NCBI GenBank assembly: GCA_963729625.1
Contig: CAVSOU010000007.1
Coordinates: forward strand, 608,001-672,000
DNA length: 64,000 bases
Origin: an uncultured bacterium
Lineage (GTDB): Bacteria; Chloroflexota; UBA5177; JANWHV01
Direction of reading: 5' to 3'
The position numbers were made by a program, and so were the translations under genes. This document shows, in pieces, positions 19,364 to 30,157 of the stretch (positions within the stretch are counted from its first letter, which is position 1; every line of letters starts with the position of its first letter). The notes beneath the pieces were generated by a model. It had not been told where the DNA came from. It searched no databases and was given only the letters and a program-made list of their open reading frames with translations.

Positions 19364-20188
19364 GTGCACGCCATGACCCATCGCATCGTTGCCCTCGCCT
19401 CCGCCGCGGTACTTGTGTCGTCGAGTCTCGGTCTGATTCCTGCCGGCACGCACGCCGGCATGGCCCTGGACAGCATCGCCGTATCTGCGTGCGCGGCTCC
19501 CAGCAATCCCGTCCGCTACGACAGCGGCACCACCGACGTGCTGGTATGCACGTCCACCATCCAGTCCGGCGAGACGCTCCACATTGTCATTGCTACCCGG
19601 AAGCTCGCGTCCGTCCAGGTGCGGCTGAAGTTCCCTGACGGAACGACCGCGCCGCAGTCGGGCATGTTGACGGTCGTCGCCGACAAGAAGGGCGTAGCTC
19701 GGGCCAACCTGGCCATTCGCTACAACCCCATTACCAGTTACGCGCAGGCGGAGCTGACGGTCACCGTCCTCAACAAGGCTCACCCCGACGTGATAAGCGG
19801 GTACGTCAGGATAGCGGAGACGGCGCCGCTCGCCTCCACTGTCCTGCGCGCTCGCCCGCGCTACCTGGCCAATTGGTGTCCAGAGGATCAGGCTGCGTGC
19901 TCCATACGCAACGGCGCCGCGCTGATCATCCAGATCGTCAGCGATCCGGGTGCTCAGGTGACGGTCAGGCTCGTCTACCCGGACAGTACGTCGATCAGCT
20001 GCTATCGCAATGATCTCACCGCCACGTCCCTGACGAACGCTGCCGGTATGTATCGCTGCCAACTGCCCGTCGTCTATCAACCGAAAAGCAGCGTTCAGGG
20101 CACCACCCTGACGGTCGTGGCGGAACTGAGTCTTGGCGGCTACACGGGACCGCAGCTCTCGCTCGCTCTTAACCTGCTCGGGCGCTGA
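19364..20188 (+). CDS. Secreted hypothetical protein (Ig-like beta-rich, paired Cys)
   Basis: Signal peptide ending THA; beta-strand-rich with two internal VRLxxPD segments; TGATG coupling to next gene. Confidence 0.7.
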   Translation: MHAMTHRIVALASAAVLVSSSLGLIPAGTHAGMALDSIAVSACAAPSNPVRYDSGTTDVLVCTSTIQSGETLHIVIATRKLASVQVRLKFPDGTTAPQSGMLTVVADKKGVARANLAIRYNPITSYAQAELTVTVLNKAHPDVISGYVRIAETAPLASTVLRARPRYLANWCPEDQAACSIRNGAALIIQIVSDPGAQVTVRLVYPDSTSISCYRNDLTATSLTNAAGMYRCQLPVVYQPKSSVQGTTLTVVAELSLGGYTGPQLSLALNLLGR

Positions 20189-21675
20189 TGCGGCGGCAAC
20201 ACCTCGTTGCGCTTGCACTTCTCACGGCACTGCTCCTGATCTCCGGGCTCCTGCTGCTATCGATCTTCGGCGTGACCCTCCTGCCGCGCCAATCGGTGAG
20301 CCTGCCCACGCTGCCTCCAGATGCTCTCAACGTGGGGCAGCCCTCGGGCTCTCCTGCCGGGATCGACCTGGGGCTGGGCATCGGCCTGGGCGACGTGCCG
20401 ACCAACTCCATGGTTGAGTCAGTGCAAACCGCGCATGTCACGGTGCTTCGCTTTGGCGACACGCATGCCGACGACTACGACTGGCAGCTGGGATGCCTCT
20501 ACGACCCCACGCGGCCGCACCCCGATTGTTACAGCCAGGCTGGACGGGGTAGTCCACTTGACCAGTTCCTCGCGTTTACCGGCCAGGTAGGCGCGCAACC
20601 GCTGATCGTGGTGAACGGAGAACTCGACGATCCGCAGCAGGCCGCGCAGCTCGTAAGCTTCTACTGGCAGCATTGCGCGCACGCGCCGGGACGCGACTGC
20701 CCCGACCCATATTGGGAGATCGGCGACTCGCCCGCCACCTGGTCGCACTTCGCCATACCCCTCAAGCAGCGCCGGCCGAGCGACTCTTCCATGGCTACTC
20801 CGGACCAGTATGCGGCGTTGGTGACCTCGTATCGGGCGGCGATGGCCAACGCCGCGCCATACTACCAGCGCCATCCGATCAAGATTGTAGCCGACGAGTT
20901 CATCACCGGCGCCACCGACGAGAGCTGGATCGACGCCCTGAGCTACGGCGGTGTCGACACGCACTACGCACCGTTGATCTACACGCGCGGAAGCCGGACG
21001 CCAAGCGTGCAGGACGTCATTCAGGCCGTGGAGCACGGTTATCAAGACCGGCCCGGCGTGGACGCGTGGCTGCAGGGCCTTCGCGAAGGTCTGCAACAGT
21101 TCGACCAATCCAGCTCACTCAAGATCTTCATCGGCCGCTGGTCGATCGACGCGAACACGGGAGTGGGAGAGCCCAGTGTCTATGGAGGCTACACGCAAGC
21201 GTTGTTCACCGCCGCGCTGCTCGCGAGCGTGTGGCAGGACACGGGAGGCGCCAACCCGATTGCCATGGCCATCCAGGCGCCGATGAGCGGCCCCGCACAG
21301 GAGCCATTCGACATCGCCACCTCCTTGCCGCGTTCGGCTGTCGACGTCTATGCACTGGTCGGCCGCTACTTCGGGAGGCATCCCGTGCCGGCGGATCTGG
21401 GAAGCGGCGCCACGGCGGCCGGAATGCTCGCCGCCGGATCGTCCGTAGACCCCGGAGACCTGCGCATTCTGCTCGTGAATCTGGACCAGAAGAAGTCCCA
21501 CACGGTAGAGCTACAAGGTGTGTCGCGAGGTGTCGCCGAGATGTGGTGGATCGTGCCGGACAGCGGGCAGGCTGACGGCGCGAGCGCGGTGAGGCACGCC
21601 GCGGCATCCGGGTCGCGAGTCACGGTACCGCCCTGGGGCATTGCCGTCGTGCGTTTGCGACCGCCATCACGATAA
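20188..21675 (+). CDS. Membrane-anchored glycoside hydrolase-like TIM-barrel protein (clan GH-A-like)
   Basis: N-terminal TM; LRFG...DDYDW, LIVVN, YWEIGDSP; C-terminal beta-sandwich (ILLVN...VPPWGIAVVRL). Confidence 0.7.
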   Translation: MRRQHLVALALLTALLLISGLLLLSIFGVTLLPRQSVSLPTLPPDALNVGQPSGSPAGIDLGLGIGLGDVPTNSMVESVQTAHVTVLRFGDTHADDYDWQLGCLYDPTRPHPDCYSQAGRGSPLDQFLAFTGQVGAQPLIVVNGELDDPQQAAQLVSFYWQHCAHAPGRDCPDPYWEIGDSPATWSHFAIPLKQRRPSDSSMATPDQYAALVTSYRAAMANAAPYYQRHPIKIVADEFITGATDESWIDALSYGGVDTHYAPLIYTRGSRTPSVQDVIQAVEHGYQDRPGVDAWLQGLREGLQQFDQSSSLKIFIGRWSIDANTGVGEPSVYGGYTQALFTAALLASVWQDTGGANPIAMAIQAPMSGPAQEPFDIATSLPRSAVDVYALVGRYFGRHPVPADLGSGATAAGMLAAGSSVDPGDLRILLVNLDQKKSHTVELQGVSRGVAEMWWIVPDSGQADGASAVRHAAASGSRVTVPPWGIAVVRLRPPSR

Positions 21676-22161
21676 TCGTGTTGCGCACGTGAAGATCGCC
21701 TGGCGCGAGATCAACGGCGCGCGCACGGAATCGCGACTCATGGACATGGACGTGCGTTGTCGAGGCGGACATGATGTCCGCGGCCCCAAGAAGCCAGCAA
21801 TCGCACTATTCCAGGGCAATCTGATGGCTGGAAAGGATAGCGTTGCGGACCATCTTGTGGCAAACTTGCAGTGACATCGTGACATCCTGGCCTTTCAGGG
21901 GGCAAACGACTTCTTGCAGGCGGCGCCCACGTTGTCCAGGAGGGTTCACAGGAGCACCTGTTTAGCCTAGGATAGGGGTAGCGCTCGTCATGGTTCGGCG
22001 GCATGCCAGATGGCCAAGCAAGGGCACGGAACCAGGGGCCTCGTTCATTCCCGCGGGTGACCAAGCGCCAGTGATCGGATTGCCCAGAGCCGGTGGCGGA
22101 GAGCGCGGTGCTCCGCCCGGCAGGTAGTGGTGTAGACAAGACCTGATCGAGGAGGGGCCAG

Positions 22162-23502
22162 ATGAATCAGCAGCGCATCCCGGAAACCTCGAATCGCGGC
22201 CGAAGCGCGCCTCGTCTCACGGCTATGTGGCATCGAGCCCTGGCGGTTGTCGCCGTGCTCGCGCTCCTCGCGTCCTCATTCGCCATCTGGGATGCGCGGC
22301 ATCCGGTGACCGCGGCAGCAATTCCCCCAACTCCAACCTTCGCCGTGTCTCCGACCAGTGGGGCAGCGGGCAGCGCTGTATCGCTGAGCGCGACGAACAT
22401 CCAGCGCATCTACGACACGGGCACGCTCAGCCTCACCTTCGACAAGGTGCCGATCTCCCCCGCACCCGGCCTCGTTGCATGTACGAGCAGCGCCCTCTTC
22501 GGCTTTGGCCCCGACTGCAGCGCCAACTCGCCCTACTCCTACGTCATTCCGGCGGGCACGCTTCCCGGAATCCACACCTTCGAGTTCACCGCTTCGACTG
22601 CCAACGCCCCGGCGCCCCTGGACCTCACGGCCACGTTCACCGTACCCAACCCTCCTGCCCTGATTGTGGTTCCGACCTCTGGACCGGCCGGAAGCGCCGT
22701 GTCGGTAAGCGCCATCAACATTCCGGCAATCGCCCTTCAGTACGGCCCGGGCGCCGTCAGTCTGACATTTGACAAGGTTGTTATCTCGCCCGTGCCGGCG
22801 CTCACCCAGTGCTCAGTCAGCGGCGTTGGCTTCGGCCTCCAGTGCAGCCCCCTCGCCGCGTTCCCCTACACGATCCCGGCCTCCGCGCTTCCCGGCGTCC
22901 ACACCTTTGAATTCGTCGTTCAGGCATTGTCCGCCGTTGCCGTCACTGGGCCGCTGGTAGACGTGACGGCGCCGTTCCTGGTGGTAGCCCAGGCAACCGA
23001 GACGCCCACCACGAGCGTTACGGCCACGCCCACCACGAGCGCCAGCGCGACACCCACCGCTACCAGCGTGCCGCCGACAGCCACACCCACCAGCACCGCC
23101 GTACCGCCGACCGCGACCTCCACCCTGGTGCCGACGCACACGGCGACTGCCACGGTGACTGCCACCCCGAAGCCCAAGCTCGGCGCCCTGGTGAGTATCG
23201 TGCGCCCAGAATTCGATTCCAATCGGGTAACGTTCTTCGCCAAGGGCAGCCCGGGAACCATGGTGCACGTGGACTTCACGATCGTGGCGCCCAACGGCCA
23301 CGGCGGCACGACCAAGACCTTCTCCTATAGCGTCGACCAGAAGATGGGGCCAGCGGGAACCGTCGCCCTCAACATCAAGGTCAACCCCATCGCGCAGACG
23401 CCCGGCCTGGCCACGATGATGCTCAAGGCTACAACGCCCAGCGGCGCCGTGATGGCGTCCAAGCGCTACTTCCACTACGCCGTGTACAACACCAAGCAGT
23501 AA
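22162..23502 (+). CDS. Secreted/surface protein with two tandem Ig/IPT-like domains and Pro/Thr linker
   Basis: GAGGAGG RBS; signal/TM; duplicated PTSGxAGSAVS...SLTFDKV.ISP...C...C...PG.HTFEF unit; PTAT repeats. Confidence 0.8.
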   Translation: MNQQRIPETSNRGRSAPRLTAMWHRALAVVAVLALLASSFAIWDARHPVTAAAIPPTPTFAVSPTSGAAGSAVSLSATNIQRIYDTGTLSLTFDKVPISPAPGLVACTSSALFGFGPDCSANSPYSYVIPAGTLPGIHTFEFTASTANAPAPLDLTATFTVPNPPALIVVPTSGPAGSAVSVSAINIPAIALQYGPGAVSLTFDKVVISPVPALTQCSVSGVGFGLQCSPLAAFPYTIPASALPGVHTFEFVVQALSAVAVTGPLVDVTAPFLVVAQATETPTTSVTATPTTSASATPTATSVPPTATPTSTAVPPTATSTLVPTHTATATVTATPKPKLGALVSIVRPEFDSNRVTFFAKGSPGTMVHVDFTIVAPNGHGGTTKTFSYSVDQKMGPAGTVALNIKVNPIAQTPGLATMMLKATTPSGAVMASKRYFHYAVYNTKQ

Positions 23503-23607
23503 CGCGAGGGCGCAATCCTGACGATCACACGCGGCGCCTGAATCTCAATCACTCGCCCGCGGTCCCGCTCGTCGCACGTGACGGTAGCGTGACCGACCCG
23601 CGGGCGC

Positions 23608-25320
23608 CTATTCCACGACCGGAATAGTGAACCAGAACGTCGATCCGGCGCCCTCGGTGCTCTCAACGCCAACCTCACCACCGTGCTGTTCGACGATGGT
23701 CTTGCTGATGAAGAGTCCAAGGCCCAGCCCCGCGCGCGTGCCGGACTGCTGCGCGATACTTTCGACGCGATAGAACCGCTCCCAGACGTGAGGCTGCTCC
23801 TCAAGCGGTATGCCTGCGCCACGATCACTCACCCAGACGCGCGCCACGCCGTCCACGCGTTGCACGCCGACCTCCACGGGGCTCGGCTCCGGCGCATACT
23901 TGAGCGCGTTGGTCAGGTAGTTGTGCACTACCTGGCTGATGCGCACCGCGTCCGCGTCACAGGCTATGGGCGCCGCCGCTATGTTCAACCGCACCTCGCG
24001 CGACGCCGTCTCGGGCAATTCCTCCACTGCTTCCCGCACCACGGCGGTCAGGTCGCAATGCGCTCGATGCAACACGAGCTGGTCGCTCTGCAGCCGCGAG
24101 ATGTCCAGCAGATCGTTGATCAGGAGATTCATGCGGTTGAGCGCGCGCAGCGCCCGCGACAGTGCGATGCGCAAATCGGCCGGTACCGGGGTTCCGCGCG
24201 CTGCCTCCTGGTCGATGCGACGGAGTCCAACCTGAATGTTGCCGCTCGACGTCGTCAGCGGCGTGCGCAGCTCGTGCGTGACCAGGCCCAGGAACGCGTC
24301 CATGCGCCGGTTGGTCTCGCGCATCACAAGTTCTTCGGCCGCCGCTGCGGCACGTTCACGAGTCAGCCGGTCACGCTCGATGGCCAGCGCCACCAGCGAG
24401 GCCACCGCCCGTGCCAGCATGGAGTCCTCCGCCGCGAGCCGGCGCCGCGCGTGGCTGAGATCCAAGGCCAGCACGCCGACCAGTCGCGAGCCGGCCGTCA
24501 GCGCGATATAGAGCGCGACTCGCCACTCGTAGGGAAAGAGGCGGTCCGGGTACTCGCTCCTGTCGAGCAGCAACAGTCCCTCCTTGAATAGCGTGTCCAG
24601 CTCCTCCGCGGTCATGAACTCCCGCAAACCAGTGCCGGACCGCCCCGATCGCCACTGTTGCTCGATCTCGGGAGCAAGGCCCGAGCTGGCGCCAGCGTGC
24701 CAGGCTCCTGCGGCGTCGACCAGGGTGACGGCCACCGACTGCGCGTCGAGCGCCTCGCGCGCCAGGCACAGAATCGACTCCGCCAGACTCAGCTGGGCGT
24801 CGGGCGAGGCCTCCTCATCGGAACTGTCTCCGGCTTGCACCAGGGCGCCGGCCATGCCCATGAGCGTGGCCAGCGATGTTCGTATGTGCTTCAGCAGGGT
24901 CAGGTGCTCCTCTTCTGCCCGAGCGTGTTCCGTGATGTCGCGGGCGGTGACCACCATGCCGCGCACGACCGGATCGCTGAGGCGGCTTTGCCACGTCAAC
25001 TCCAGCACGCGGTACGAGCCGCCGGCATGACGGCAGCGAGCCGTGGCGCTAACGGGCGCGCCCTCCGCGGCGATGGCCCGCGAGAGCGCGTCCCGCATGG
25101 CCGCCGCGTCGTCGGGATGCACGTGCGCGAGTGCGTCGACGCCGGAACTCGTCGCCGGCGAGCGGCCCAGCACGCGTTCGCATGCCGATCCCGCATAGCG
25201 CACTGTGCCGTCGGCATTCAGCACGCACACGATGTCCGTAGCCCAGGCGAGCAGCTCTTGATAGAACCGCGCATCAAACGGTTGCGGCGCGTCTGAAGAA
25301 TTCACCGAACCAGTGCCCAC
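23608..25320 (-). CDS. PAS-GAF sensor histidine kinase
   Basis: GGAGGAGG RBS before GTG; PAS (VHPDD...ARDITE); H-box THELRTPL; N-box NYLTNALKY; DRGAGI, GLGLGL. Confidence 0.93.
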   Translation of the reverse strand: MGTGSVNSSDAPQPFDARFYQELLAWATDIVCVLNADGTVRYAGSACERVLGRSPATSSGVDALAHVHPDDAAAMRDALSRAIAAEGAPVSATARCRHAGGSYRVLELTWQSRLSDPVVRGMVVTARDITEHARAEEEHLTLLKHIRTSLATLMGMAGALVQAGDSSDEEASPDAQLSLAESILCLAREALDAQSVAVTLVDAAGAWHAGASSGLAPEIEQQWRSGRSGTGLREFMTAEELDTLFKEGLLLLDRSEYPDRLFPYEWRVALYIALTAGSRLVGVLALDLSHARRRLAAEDSMLARAVASLVALAIERDRLTRERAAAAAEELVMRETNRRMDAFLGLVTHELRTPLTTSSGNIQVGLRRIDQEAARGTPVPADLRIALSRALRALNRMNLLINDLLDISRLQSDQLVLHRAHCDLTAVVREAVEELPETASREVRLNIAAAPIACDADAVRISQVVHNYLTNALKYAPEPSPVEVGVQRVDGVARVWVSDRGAGIPLEEQPHVWERFYRVESIAQQSGTRAGLGLGLFISKTIVEQHGGEVGVESTEGAGSTFWFTIPVVE

Positions 25321-25411
25321 GGGAGCCCTCCTCCGGCTGCTGCGCCTGGGACGAATCAGCACACAGATAGCCCTATTATGCCCACCATAGGCCGATCGAC
25401 CGGCGGGAGCA

Positions 25412-25431
25412 ACTAGCCCGTTCGGGCTAGT
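25412..25431. promoter_or_regulatory. Perfect inverted repeat in divergent promoter region
   Basis: ACTAGCCCG-TT-CGGGCTAGT between the kinase and aldo/keto reductase genes. Confidence 0.5.
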
Positions 25432-25533
25432 CCTACATGACCGGCAACGTCCCGATGTGGTACCACACACGGTACGAAGCAAGGTTCGTGTGGATCTTCT
25501 CGTAGCGCCATGGGTTAGCTCCCAGGAGGAACG

Positions 25534-26545
<1,012 letters not shown>

Positions 26546-26553
<8 letters not shown>

Positions 26554-27214
26554 GATCTGGGCGAGGGTCAGGAACAACTGGAACACGACGGCCCCGCCGG
26601 ATCCGCCTGTGACGGTCGCCACGTGGGCCGACGAGCTGCGCGCCATGGCCGCAGTCGGCTTGCAATTCGCCCAGAACAGTTACGATCGGGGGCGCTACGC
26701 CCGCCTCCAGCAAATTGCCGAGGAGATGTTCGGCTTCCTCATCGACGCCGGGGCGGCCGAGATCCATGCGCGGCTTGGCGCTGAGGTTGGCTATGTGACG
26801 CCCAAGGTCGGCGTGGCCGCGGCGGTATTCGACGAGCATCAGCGGATCCTGCTGGTGCGGCGGCGCGATAATGCGCTCTGGGCCATGCCGGGTGGCTGGG
26901 CCGACGTTGGCGAATCGGCCGCCGAGATGACCGCGCGCGAGGCACGCGAAGAAACCGGGCTCACTGTCACTGTCGATCGGCTGCTCGGCCTGTACGACAG
27001 CTACAAGCGCGGGTTCCGGCACCCGCACCAGATCTATCACGTGGTGTTCCAGTGCTCCGTGGTGTCCGGTACACCGGCGCAGACAGAGGAGACTCTCGGC
27101 GTGGACTGGTTCTGGGCCGGCGACCTGCCCGACCTCTCGCCCGGCCACCTCGACCCGGTACACGATGCGTTCCGCGCCCTGGTCGACCCCGGCATGCCGG
27201 CTGTGTTTGATTGA
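26546..27214 (+). CDS. NUDIX hydrolase with N-terminal extension
   Basis: GYVTPKVGV; Nudix box [23 protein letters not shown]. Confidence 0.92.
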
Positions 27215-27476
27215 GCGTACTGCTACGAGCGACACGTCTCAGCCAATGACTGACCATGGCCGGGCGTCCGCGCGCAAGGAGGCTTGATACGTCGTACCGC
27301 GAAACATGTACGATATCTGCGTCCATGCGCGCGAAGGTTCGCCCGTCTACCAGTGGTATTTTGGCAACACGATCGAACCGAGCGTTCACTACGGTACGAT
27401 ATACCTCGACCTGACCAAGCAGCTCGCTGCGGAGTGACGCAGCAGCCGGTAGCGCAGAGCCGCGAAGGAGCACGCT

Positions 27477-28982
27477 ATGGGTTCCGACAGCGCCCTGTTT
27501 ATCGTGCATGTAGCCGGCTATGGCGTGTTCCTCTGGCACGGACTCTATGTGTTGACCCGGGGCGATCGCGGTCCGATCGCGCGCTTGACCGGGTGTACGG
27601 CCCTGGTCACTGCGGCGCTTTTCGGGTTCGGCGGCCTCCTGGAGGCATTGAGCTCCAATCCAGTGAGCTTGCAGCTCGCCGTGGACCGCGCGCAGTGGTG
27701 GGCCTCCGTGCTGCCGGCCGTTCTCTGGTTGCATCTCAGCTTTCGCCTGCAGGGCGGCGCGCTTGTCAATCGCGGGCAGCGCGGCCTGATCCAGGCCGCC
27801 TACGTGGCGGCGGCGGCGCTGATCGTGCTGGGCACGTTTACGGATCTGATCCGAAACTATTCGGACAAAGGCTCCGGATCCCTGGATTCAGCCGGCTCCC
27901 TCTATGTCGTATACGTCGCCTTTCTCTTTGTCTGTGCCGGCCTGGCCCTGGTCAAGCTCACTTGGAGACGCCAGCTTTTCCGCGGTGAGGCCGCCTCAAG
28001 CGTGGAAAACCTCATGCTGATCGTCGGCGCCGCGTGCTTTCTGGCCGGCGTGGCCGACTTCACGCTGCACAAAATGCTCGGCAACAACTGGGACGAGGTG
28101 CCGGCCTGGCTATTGCTGGTAATAGGACTGGGAGCCGTCGGCGGCACCGTCGGCGTGCGCAGCAATCTCCTTCTCGGCACCGATGTTCGGCGCGACTTCC
28201 TCTACAGCGCTACAAGCCTGGCGGCGTTGGTCGTGCCCTACCTGCTGGCGAGCGCGATACTGGTCGGATTCGACACCGGGCGGTCGCGCCTGCTCGCTCT
28301 GTTCGTGCTCACGCTCATCGTGCTCAGCCACTCACTCAGCGATGAGGCGGGAGAGTGGCTCGACGCTGCCTTCTTCTCGCCTCCCGTCCGTGAGGAGCGC
28401 GCATTGGCTCGCGCGTACGTGGGCGCGCTGGCGACGCAGCCCGTCGGACTCAGCCCAGAGCTGGGGACGGTCAAATCGTTTGACGACGCAGTTCGCCGGG
28501 CTATTACTCACCTCTCCGATCCCACGAAGCTGGCTACGTCGCCGCTCTTGAGCCTGAGGACAGTCGAGCGCGGCATCGAGGAGCAGAGCCAGGAGGACAA
28601 CCGTCTGAACCGCGCCGCGGCGCTCAAGGAAATCTTGCTCGACCTGCTCGGCGGCCTGCGTCCGGCGGATGGCGGCAGCGTGACCGGCGATGCCAATCGC
28701 TACTACAACTGCCTTTACTACCCCTATGTGCGAGGGTTCAGCCGGAAGCGTGCGCCACGTATCCTGCGCCAGCTGGAGGAGCGCCGGCAGCGCGACGGCG
28801 GCGCGCCGACCGACGGCGAGCGCATCGTCCACTGGATCCTGCAGGTCGACGAAGCAACCTTCTATCGATGGCAGCGGCGTGCATCGGACACGATCGCCGC
28901 GGCGTTGCGCGAGCGGGAGATACTGGCAGGCGGCATCGTGACAGTCGACAGCGGTGCCGCGCCGGCAGAGGTCGCCACATAG
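27477..28982 (+). CDS. Multi-TM sensor fused to C-terminal HTH-like domain (one-component regulator)
   Basis: About nine hydrophobic segments (HisKA_7TM-like N-terminus); C-terminal AVRRAITHL...SPLL...ATFYRWQRRA; no kinase boxes. Confidence 0.7.
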   Translation: MGSDSALFIVHVAGYGVFLWHGLYVLTRGDRGPIARLTGCTALVTAALFGFGGLLEALSSNPVSLQLAVDRAQWWASVLPAVLWLHLSFRLQGGALVNRGQRGLIQAAYVAAAALIVLGTFTDLIRNYSDKGSGSLDSAGSLYVVYVAFLFVCAGLALVKLTWRRQLFRGEAASSVENLMLIVGAACFLAGVADFTLHKMLGNNWDEVPAWLLLVIGLGAVGGTVGVRSNLLLGTDVRRDFLYSATSLAALVVPYLLASAILVGFDTGRSRLLALFVLTLIVLSHSLSDEAGEWLDAAFFSPPVREERALARAYVGALATQPVGLSPELGTVKSFDDAVRRAITHLSDPTKLATSPLLSLRTVERGIEEQSQEDNRLNRAAALKEILLDLLGGLRPADGGSVTGDANRYYNCLYYPYVRGFSRKRAPRILRQLEERRQRDGGAPTDGERIVHWILQVDEATFYRWQRRASDTIAAALREREILAGGIVTVDSGAAPAEVAT

Positions 28983-29107
28983 ATCGGGCTACAGCTGTAC
29001 ATAGGCTGTGATGTGGCCGGTGAGAGTCCTGGAGAGCGATCGCGCTGTTCGTGAGAGCGTCCTTCGACGTACGGTATGTCCGTTAACGGGGGAAGGGGGT
29101 TTGTCCA

Positions 29108-30073
29108 ATGGCAAACATTGCTGTCACGCAGGCACCCGCGGCACACGATCGAAGCAAGCGCGGAAGCCGGCGCCGCTATCTGATCTGGCTTTTCGCCGCC
29201 ATTCTCGTGCTGGCAGTCGTATTCGTCGGCCTTCCAGGCTATGTCGGATGGCAGATGACCCACCCCAGCCGCGACTACGCCACGCGGACGCCTGCCGCCG
29301 CCGGCCTATCCTATGTCGACGTGTCGTTTCCCAGCCGCATCGGCGACGTGCGGCTCTCCGGCTGGTTCATGCCCTCCAGGCACAGCGCGCGCACCGTGAT
29401 TATCGCCCATGGATACCCGCACCATCGCCTGAACGAAGTGCCGTCGGTGCCCATGGCCCAGGTGCTGGTACATCACGGCTTCAACGTGCTGGCCTTTGAC
29501 TTCCGCGGCTGCGGAAAGTCCGGGGGCGATACGGTCACGCTTGGCCAGGACGAGCCCGGCGATATGCTCGGCGCCGTCGACTACCTGAAAGGTCGGTTTG
29601 CCGGGCAACAGGTGCGGATCGGTCTGCTCGGCTTCTCACTGGGCGCAACCACCAGTCTCGAGACCGGCAGCCAGGATACGCGCGACATTCGCGCGATCGT
29701 CAGCGACAGCGCCTTTGCCGATCTGTATCCCTACATCGTCGATCACGCGGACACATGGACCCATCTGCCCCCGTTCCCGTTCAACCGCCTGATCGCCTGG
29801 ATCACGCCGCCGCTCACCGGGCTGGATCCGCACAAGGTCAATGCCATAACGGCCGTGCAGCACTTGCCGAAGACGCCGATCTTCTTCATCGCAGGCACCG
29901 CGGACAAGACCATCTCGGATGATAATTCACTCGATCTCTACAGGGCAGCGACCACGACATCGAAGCAAATCTGGCTCGTGCCCGGCGGCGGCCACACCAC
30001 CTCGTATGAGCAGCAACCACGCGTGTACGAGCAGCGCGTGCTGGCATTCTTTCAGCAGTACCTCAGGGCATGA
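29108..30073 (+). CDS. Membrane-anchored alpha/beta hydrolase
   Basis: AHG, DFRGCGKSGG, GFSLG nucleophile elbow, GTAD, GGGH. Confidence 0.92.
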   Translation: MANIAVTQAPAAHDRSKRGSRRRYLIWLFAAILVLAVVFVGLPGYVGWQMTHPSRDYATRTPAAAGLSYVDVSFPSRIGDVRLSGWFMPSRHSARTVIIAHGYPHHRLNEVPSVPMAQVLVHHGFNVLAFDFRGCGKSGGDTVTLGQDEPGDMLGAVDYLKGRFAGQQVRIGLLGFSLGATTSLETGSQDTRDIRAIVSDSAFADLYPYIVDHADTWTHLPPFPFNRLIAWITPPLTGLDPHKVNAITAVQHLPKTPIFFIAGTADKTISDDNSLDLYRAATTTSKQIWLVPGGGHTTSYEQQPRVYEQRVLAFFQQYLRA

Positions 30074-30157
30074 CCGGTTCGTGCAGCAGCAGGCAGCCCG
30101 GTTTGCGGCCTGCGCCTGCAGGCGCCCGCCGCCGTCGGTGCCCGACGAATCCGCGGT

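Noticed and set aside
21676-22160. Small ORFs and possible cyclic-dinucleotide riboswitch (GGCAAAC) upstream of the surface protein
   Set aside because: The rest of the c-di-GMP-I consensus (GAAA tetraloop stem, GCAAAG) is missing; ORFs lack RBS and motifs
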